Under the pieces are notes generated by a model, which worked only from the letters and a program-made list of their open reading frames with translations, was not told the DNA's origin and did no database searches. A DNA stretch of 62,087 nucleotides, counting the filler, from Collodictyon triciliatum (lineage: Eukaryota): assembly GCA_043381765.1 (NCBI GenBank). It is 7 parts of 7 records of this genome, joined end to end, with 100 filler letters (N's around TTAATTAATTAA, not from the genome) between each part and the next. Parts side by side here need not be neighbours in the genome. Positions count along the whole stretch, not along the records: positions 48,497 to 59,181 come from JBHJMP010002804.1; positions 59,282 to 62,087 come from JBHJMP010002861.1; 5 more parts are not named here. The stretch is one strand, 5' to 3'. Each line of letters opens with the position of its first letter. Position 1 is the first letter of the stretch. A program made the position numbers and the translations under genes. Shown here in pieces: positions 56,133-62,087 of the stretch.

Positions 56133-56183
56133 TTTTTTTTTTTGGTTTTTTTTTTGGTTTTTTTTATGGTTTTTTTTTTATGG
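55661..56183. repeat. (T5-8ATGG)n repeat and poly-T spanning an assembly gap
   Basis: Units lie on both sides of the N gap at 55757-56045. Confidence 0.85.
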
Positions 56184-56269
56184 TTCTTCTATGCGTGGAC
56201 AGAATTAAATCACATGTAATAGCTCAAGGCAGTCCCCACGTCCACACTCGCTCAGCAGCGAAAGACTCA

Positions 56270-59116
56270 ATGGCCGAGGCAGGCGACAAACGTCCGTATC
56301 TTCCGGTGCAGTACGGCGGATCGGTATTCAACAAAGATCGTTACCAACAGCGGCAGAATCGACTGAAAGAACGAGCTGGGATCAGCCACGCCGAGGAAAA
56401 GTCTGTTCTTTTCTTTTCTTTTCTTTTCCATTCATTTCTTTTCTTTTCTTTTCTTTTCTTTTCTTTAAAAAAATCTTCTGTGCTTGTGAAATACGATTCA
56501 CTAAGCCAGCTACCCGAGACACCCAATAGTATTTGGCGAACTGAGACTCATTAGTACACAAAATCAATATTCAATAACTCATCCCACAAAATCATTTTAT
56601 CTCCTTTTCTTCTATGCATAATGTTATAAAAAAAAATACGCGTGCTACGTAACATTTGCACAATATCTTGAAACTCCATTCTAGTGATAGCGATGGTGAG
56701 TCCCCCTTTGCTTCATACAGTCGCCAAGAATTGTACGAGGAGGATGTATGTCAATCGTATGCATGATAATTCTGTGATTTTAATAGATGGTTGGTTCATT
56801 TCTGACCAGATAAAAAAAAAGCATACAGGATATAGAGAGGGAATATACCATCATGCGGAGCCGGCTGCTGTGCATTCACGAAAAGAGCAGCATATTTCTG
56901 TTTTAAAAAGCCGACGAGAATCTGTCACAAACAGCTTTTTGTATGATAATCATGATGACGATGCAGAAGGCGCTTATTACGAAAATCGAGATAATGCATA
57001 TGATAATGATGGCGGTGAATTGCGCTGTGACTTTCCAGAGGCTGTTGAAGAGGACTGCTATATTGGCGGTGATTATACTGCCCAGCAACATGAGTTTGAT
57101 GAAGAGGCAGAAGTTGTACGCGAGAGCATATTCTCTCAACTTAGGCCGAGCTCTTCGAATCCATACGAGCCTGTCGGGAATACAGATGACCCCGAAAATC
57201 ATTATGGGCAGAGTGACTGTGAGGATGAGAAAGAAGGCGACAATCTGGAGACCTCCTCAGTGGATGGAGAACATCCCAGAGCAAAGGAGTTAAGAGTAAA
57301 GCAAATGAAAATTCAAAACGAGAATCGCAGACTTGTGCATAGGGCCAGACAAAGGTAAAATCATATATTTATATACCACTAGACAGTACCATAGCTCACG
57401 CTAATCTTCATATTACAAATTGATTTATGCATGCAGACAACACTCTGAGCTTAAAGTGTCTTCGTGGATGTCTGAAGCTTCTCAAATCCACAGAAAGTGT
57501 GTAAAGACCCATTTTCTTCTTTTTTTTTATAATAAATACACACAAGGTATCGATCAATAAACGACCAACATAATGGACAGATACATATGTGTTTGGCATA
57601 TTATTTTATTCCTTCGTGAGTATCTAGCTTTTCAAGAAGCAACTCATATCACAAACGTCTCTTCGTGTAATTCAATTCGTATCCAAATAGAATGCTGTTT
57701 CATGAAAAGGAACAACGAGCTTTGCTGCAGCATCTGAAGCGAGACCTTGCAAAAGATATTATCCAACTGGAAGAGACAGAAAAAACGGATATGGAAAACA
57801 GATTATCTGAAGGTTTCTTGTTGCCTTACCCCAAGAATAAAATCTATTCATGTCGCCGTTTTTCAAAATACTACAATAAAAAAAAATGACACTCTATTGG
57901 TACATAGGGCGCATCACCACACATTACATCAAAAAGATTCGCGATTCTGTTAATCGGCTGAAGGGTCTAATCACAAAGCCTTTTCAAGTGCCAGACTGTA
58001 TCAATCATTTCACACGAATAATGCTTTATTTTATACAACTTTACTTTTGCGTTATAAAAGCAATAATAATAATAATAATAAAAACTTGACTGGAAATCAA
58101 GATATTGCGAGCATAAAACAATTGATGGACCATATCGAGGAAGACCTCCTTAAATTCAAGCAGAAGCAGCGTAAAGAGTGAGTTATTGCATCTCCATCAA
58201 CAAGAAATCAACCTGTGTCATGCGAGAAAAAAAATGTAATTCAAAATATTATTTATTATTTTGTGGAATAACGCTCAACTTCGACTGTATTTGAAATTGT
58301 CTTATCCTTTTCAAAAGAATTCTTTAACAAAGTGATGTAACTGCTTGCATATCAACAAAAAGGTATGACCGTCTTATTGAAGAAGAAAAGACGATTGAAA
58401 AGGAACTGCAAGTATTTCAGCAAAGAATGGACAGATGGGGAGCTGAGGATACAGCTATCCCAAGGTAAGTTTAAAATAAATAAAAATTGATTTGTATTTC
58501 AGTTAAATTGCCCGTTTATTTGCTTTTTATTCTCGAAGCAATATTTCCAAGAAAGCTGATGCTCCGAAGAAATCTGCCACTCTATCACGAAAAGTCATCA
58601 CAGACATTGAAAATGCTGATATTCACAAGCTGATACGATCGATTGAGGTGAATCTTTAGTTTTTCAAACAATATAAGACAACCGCATATGTAACTTTGAA
58701 GCACTGGATAACGTTATTGTGCATATCTTACGAGATTTTTTTTTCGTCCGGTTAACCAAAATCATTTAAAAAAATGAATATTTCTTGCAGAAACGAATAG
58801 CTCAAGTAGGTGGAAACGACTGTGGGTGGGATAGCAGAGACCATCATACATTCATGCGATTCTTGAGAATATTTCCAGTATGTAGTATACCAATCCTTGT
58901 GTGTGTGATTTCAATGCGTTATTATCTCGAAAATATGGTCAATATTTCATTTTTGACTCCCAAAAGGAACCAGGGACACTTTTCCTGAGAGCTGAGACTG
59001 CAATACCTGGAAAAACCCAAAAAGATTGGGAGGAGCATTATAATAACTACCTGAGATTGCAGGAGTTGCTTCAAGAAAAGAAAGACACTCTCCAAGAATG
59101 GAAGAAGTTTAAGGAG
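56270..59116 (+). CDS. CCDC112-like coiled-coil (centriolar/ciliary) protein, 3'-partial
   Basis: IEEDLLKFKQKQRKEYDRLIEEEKTIEKELQVFQQRMDRW, GGNDCGWDSRDHHTF and IPGKTQKDWEEHYNNY..LLQEKKDTLQEWK resemble CCDC112 as recalled. Confidence 0.72.
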
Positions 59117-59281
59117 GCATGGATAAGAATCCACACGTTTATTTGAATTAGCACCTCGTTTATATCCTTTTTTTTTTTTTTNNNNNNNNNNNNNNNNNNN
59201 NNNNNNNNNNNNNNNNNNNNNNNNNTTAATTAATTAANNNNNNNNNNNNNNNNNNNNNNNNNNNNNNNNNNNNNNNNNNNN

Positions 59282-59988
59282 CCCACACCCCGCTCACCGC
59301 GAGCTGGAGACAAGCACGAACCCCGCAAGTCCTTCCAAATCACCGCTCTCTAATGCTTAATATCACCAATAGGGAGCTATAGATAGGCACACGCGCGACA
59401 AAAGCTGGCAAGGTCTCCCAACAATGCACACTTTGCAGCAACAGTGATGAATCCATTGTGCACACATTTGGTGCAATATCATTTCGCCCAAAACCTGCGC
59501 AAACAGCCGGTGAGATTCTTCGACTGACACTCAAGACGGCTGCGGCTATTGGCCCAATCCAGGCGATATTTGGGCCTCTGCAACAGCTGCGCCCAGATGC
59601 AAAAACACTCTGGGCGGTGACGCGAGGTCATTTTCTATGGACTATGTGGATAGCGCGCATATACTCACGCAAAGCAAGACTCAATAACCAGCCATCCATT
59701 CCTGATAATAGGCTGGATGACATCATACAAATCTCTTTCCTCAATAGCTTTCTTCGCCACCTGCACGTTCTCTACTACTCAGACCCCGTGAAAAGAGACA
59801 TGTGGAAAGAGGCTGAGAAGGATATTAAACCTCGCCTTGTATCTCTCATGCAAGCACAAAATTCAGGCTACAGGCCAAAGCGTAGGATACAATATCTGTT
59901 CATCAACTGCATCTTTGCCACCTGGCCATCCAATAGCGTCCATGTGAACGAAGTGTATACATATAAAACTGAAACTCTCAGGCTATAA
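59282..59988 (+). mobile_element. Decayed non-LTR retrotransposon (L1/Tx1-like) ORF2 C-terminus
   Basis: zf-RVT-like W...QVLPNHRSLM...CTLC SNSDESIV HTF, with the last Cys lost, plus a downstream LWTMWIAR motif. There is an in-frame TAG at 59380-59382 and no introns. Confidence 0.7.
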
Positions 59989-60149
59989 TTCTAAATTAAC
60001 AGTAGTCTTTAGCCTGTATTCCTTGTCTTTGTGCAAATTTTACCAATAGTATACTTTCAAAATAGTTGTATCAAATAAACGCCATTAAGAACTCCAAAGA
60101 ATAAATTCAGTGTCTTTTAATGAATAAAGGTTTAAAATAGATTCACTTA

Positions 60150-60173
60150 TATTCTTCCTTTCAGTTTTGTGCA
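60150..60173 (-). mobile_element. Family B short element copy (no clear TSD)
   Basis: TGCACAAAACTGAAAGGAAGAATA closely matches TGCACAAAAGTTGAAAGGAAGAATA at 15179-15203. Confidence 0.5.
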
Positions 60174-60213
60174 AGATGGTGGGAGTACAATAAAAATATT
60201 AATAATTTATCTC

Positions 60214-61724
60214 CTATGATGGTATGAATTCCATCATCTTGTTCACATAGCTCATGACTTTGGGAATTTCATAAAATCTTCTGTCCCCTTCAATCGCCAT
60301 GTACGGAAACTGTAGTTTCCGTGCCATAACAGCATAGCAGTCAACAATACCTGGTGGTCTCTTTGGATTCATTGGTGTGACATCATGTATTTCTATTATG
60401 CTTGACGATGTAGAAAACAGCATGTTGACAAAACCGGCTCCGTGTTGGCCGATTATCAGCTTTGCATCTTTGAAAAGACTAATAGCTTCATCCATTGGTA
60501 AGCGTTCATACTTAACAATGCTCCATTTGTTCCCATATTCTTTAATTAGAGTTGCTACCATGTCATCTGTGTTATTCACAGGTCTTTGTAGTTGACGATC
60601 AAGAACAATCATGAGTTTTTTTCCTCCTGTTTTGGTACTGGATGTAAATGGGATGGCTGATTTCCTATAAGGCAATGAATACTGAGAAAAATTCAGTTCT
60701 TTCACACCGAAATGATGTCTCATCAGCATCATTTGTGGCAAAATAGGCTTGATGCATATAGGCAAGGTTGGAATGATGAGTTCTTTGAACTTAAGAATAC
60801 AATTTTTATCCCTTGTAAAATCAACGATTCGACTGTCAGAAATGCCAAACAATCGAAGTGCTAGCTTTGAAAATACGGTTCTCTTATCGATAAGAATTTT
60901 TATCGACTCGTTATTTCTGATGTATTCCGGTAGTGTAAACCAATGCAACATAGTGTCCATCCATATGTGGTAGTATCCCCTTTCACCCCATTTTCCTATT
61001 GGTAATAAAATAAAGCGCTCGTATTGCATATCTATATTATTTTTTACTGCACATAATGTCGAAGAGGAGCTGATGTTGACTAGAGAATAGCCCATGACAG
61101 ACATTTTTGAATTGCAAGCACCAGAAAATACGCTTCTCGAGTCTGACGCAAATATTTCTTTATAGTGCAACACGAAACTCGCCTGCTCAGTGAGAGATAT
61201 CCAGTGTTCACCTTCGTGCATGAGAGATGGAGAGTATAAGTAATTCCTTTCGAATACCCCCAAGCTATTCTCAACAATTAAGCCAGCAGTAGGCCATTCT
61301 TGATTCTTCATGAATTCTCTGTAAAGAAATGGACTGAAAAAGCCCGCCCTAGGTCTATCTTGCCAGCTTTTGGTTAAAGTATTCTCAACATAGAAATATC
61401 TGCTTTCAAACCAATACATCGCATCGTATTCCGTCAGTTTGAGGATTGTTGTCCTATTGAAATTAGCACTATTTGCCCGGTGATAGTCAATAAAATCCTG
61501 GTTTATAGGTGTCATAATTCAGTACTATGCATCACATTATTGGTATCAACATGTCAAACGTAAACTTATTTGTCATCGAAAATATCTGACACCTTAACTA
61601 TGTAACCATGTGGATTTTCCTCAAGGTCCAATCGAAACATCTTGGAACATTCTGTCTGAAAAACTTCAGTAGTACAAGCTAGCAATATCAAACAAAACAA
61701 TTTCGAATGCAAACAAACATTCAT
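60214..61724 (-). CDS. Glycosyltransferase family 61 (DUF563) protein with N-terminal signal; one inferred intron at 61498-61592
   Basis: Motifs GYYHIWMD and LFKDAKLIIGQHGAGFVNMLF...IIEI. A 5' exon MNVCLHSKLFCLILLAC...GYIVK joins via AAG|GT...CAG|GAT. Confidence 0.85.
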
Positions 61725-62087
61725 TCGTGTACAGGCCAAATATTGAAGGTATTCCGTACTCAGCACAACCCTGTGACTATGAGCATTTTCCATATATCTA
61801 TGTCTTATCAACTAAAATTGTGGATATTGACGAATATTCTCAACAAAAACGCAAAGAGTCATATCACATCACATGTGTATGTCTTTTGGTGTATAAGTTA
61901 GTCTACATGTAATTTGGGGCTGATTCGCTTAATTTATCCCACTTGAGAATGACTATATCTAAATGAATTCGTTGCATGGTTAGAATAAGGGCGAGAAAGC
62001 ATATTCTAAGATTGTCAATCTAGCATGTGTCACGGTTCTTTTACAGTTCATTGGAAAATTGAGGCTGTGATTATTTGTAATTGCCGA

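Overview
This is AT-rich, intron-dense eukaryotic nuclear DNA using the standard genetic code, probably from a flagellated protist (a CCDC112-like gene is present). It is not one locus. Seven contigs are joined by artificial N44-TTAATTAATTAA-N44 spacers, and there are two internal N gaps. Hand-spliced gene models give: TMEM230/134-like (3' part), neurobeachin/BEACH-family (5' part), kynurenine/glutamine aminotransferase, a tandem-USP protein, PDCD5, an ADCY10/sGC-like cyclase-STAND-TPR protein with a degenerate catalytic motif, an atypical SDR, BUB3, an orphan gene, a zinc-finger fragment, a DENN protein, ING, CCDC112-like, a GT61 glycosyltransferase and a decayed LINE 3' end. There is also a ~7.7 kb uninterrupted ORF fusing 14 WD40 repeats, a long Cys-rich stalk and a multi-pass membrane domain. 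Four observations stand out. (1) Two dispersed families of ultra-short (22-49 nt) A-tailed insertions are flanked by 14-19 bp target-site duplications on several independent contigs. (2) The giant ORF looks like a receptor with an extracellular double WD40 propeller. (3) The SDR gene carries a U12-type intron. (4) The cyclase is a probable pseudoenzyme. All gene models and family calls were made by eye from motifs, without database searches.
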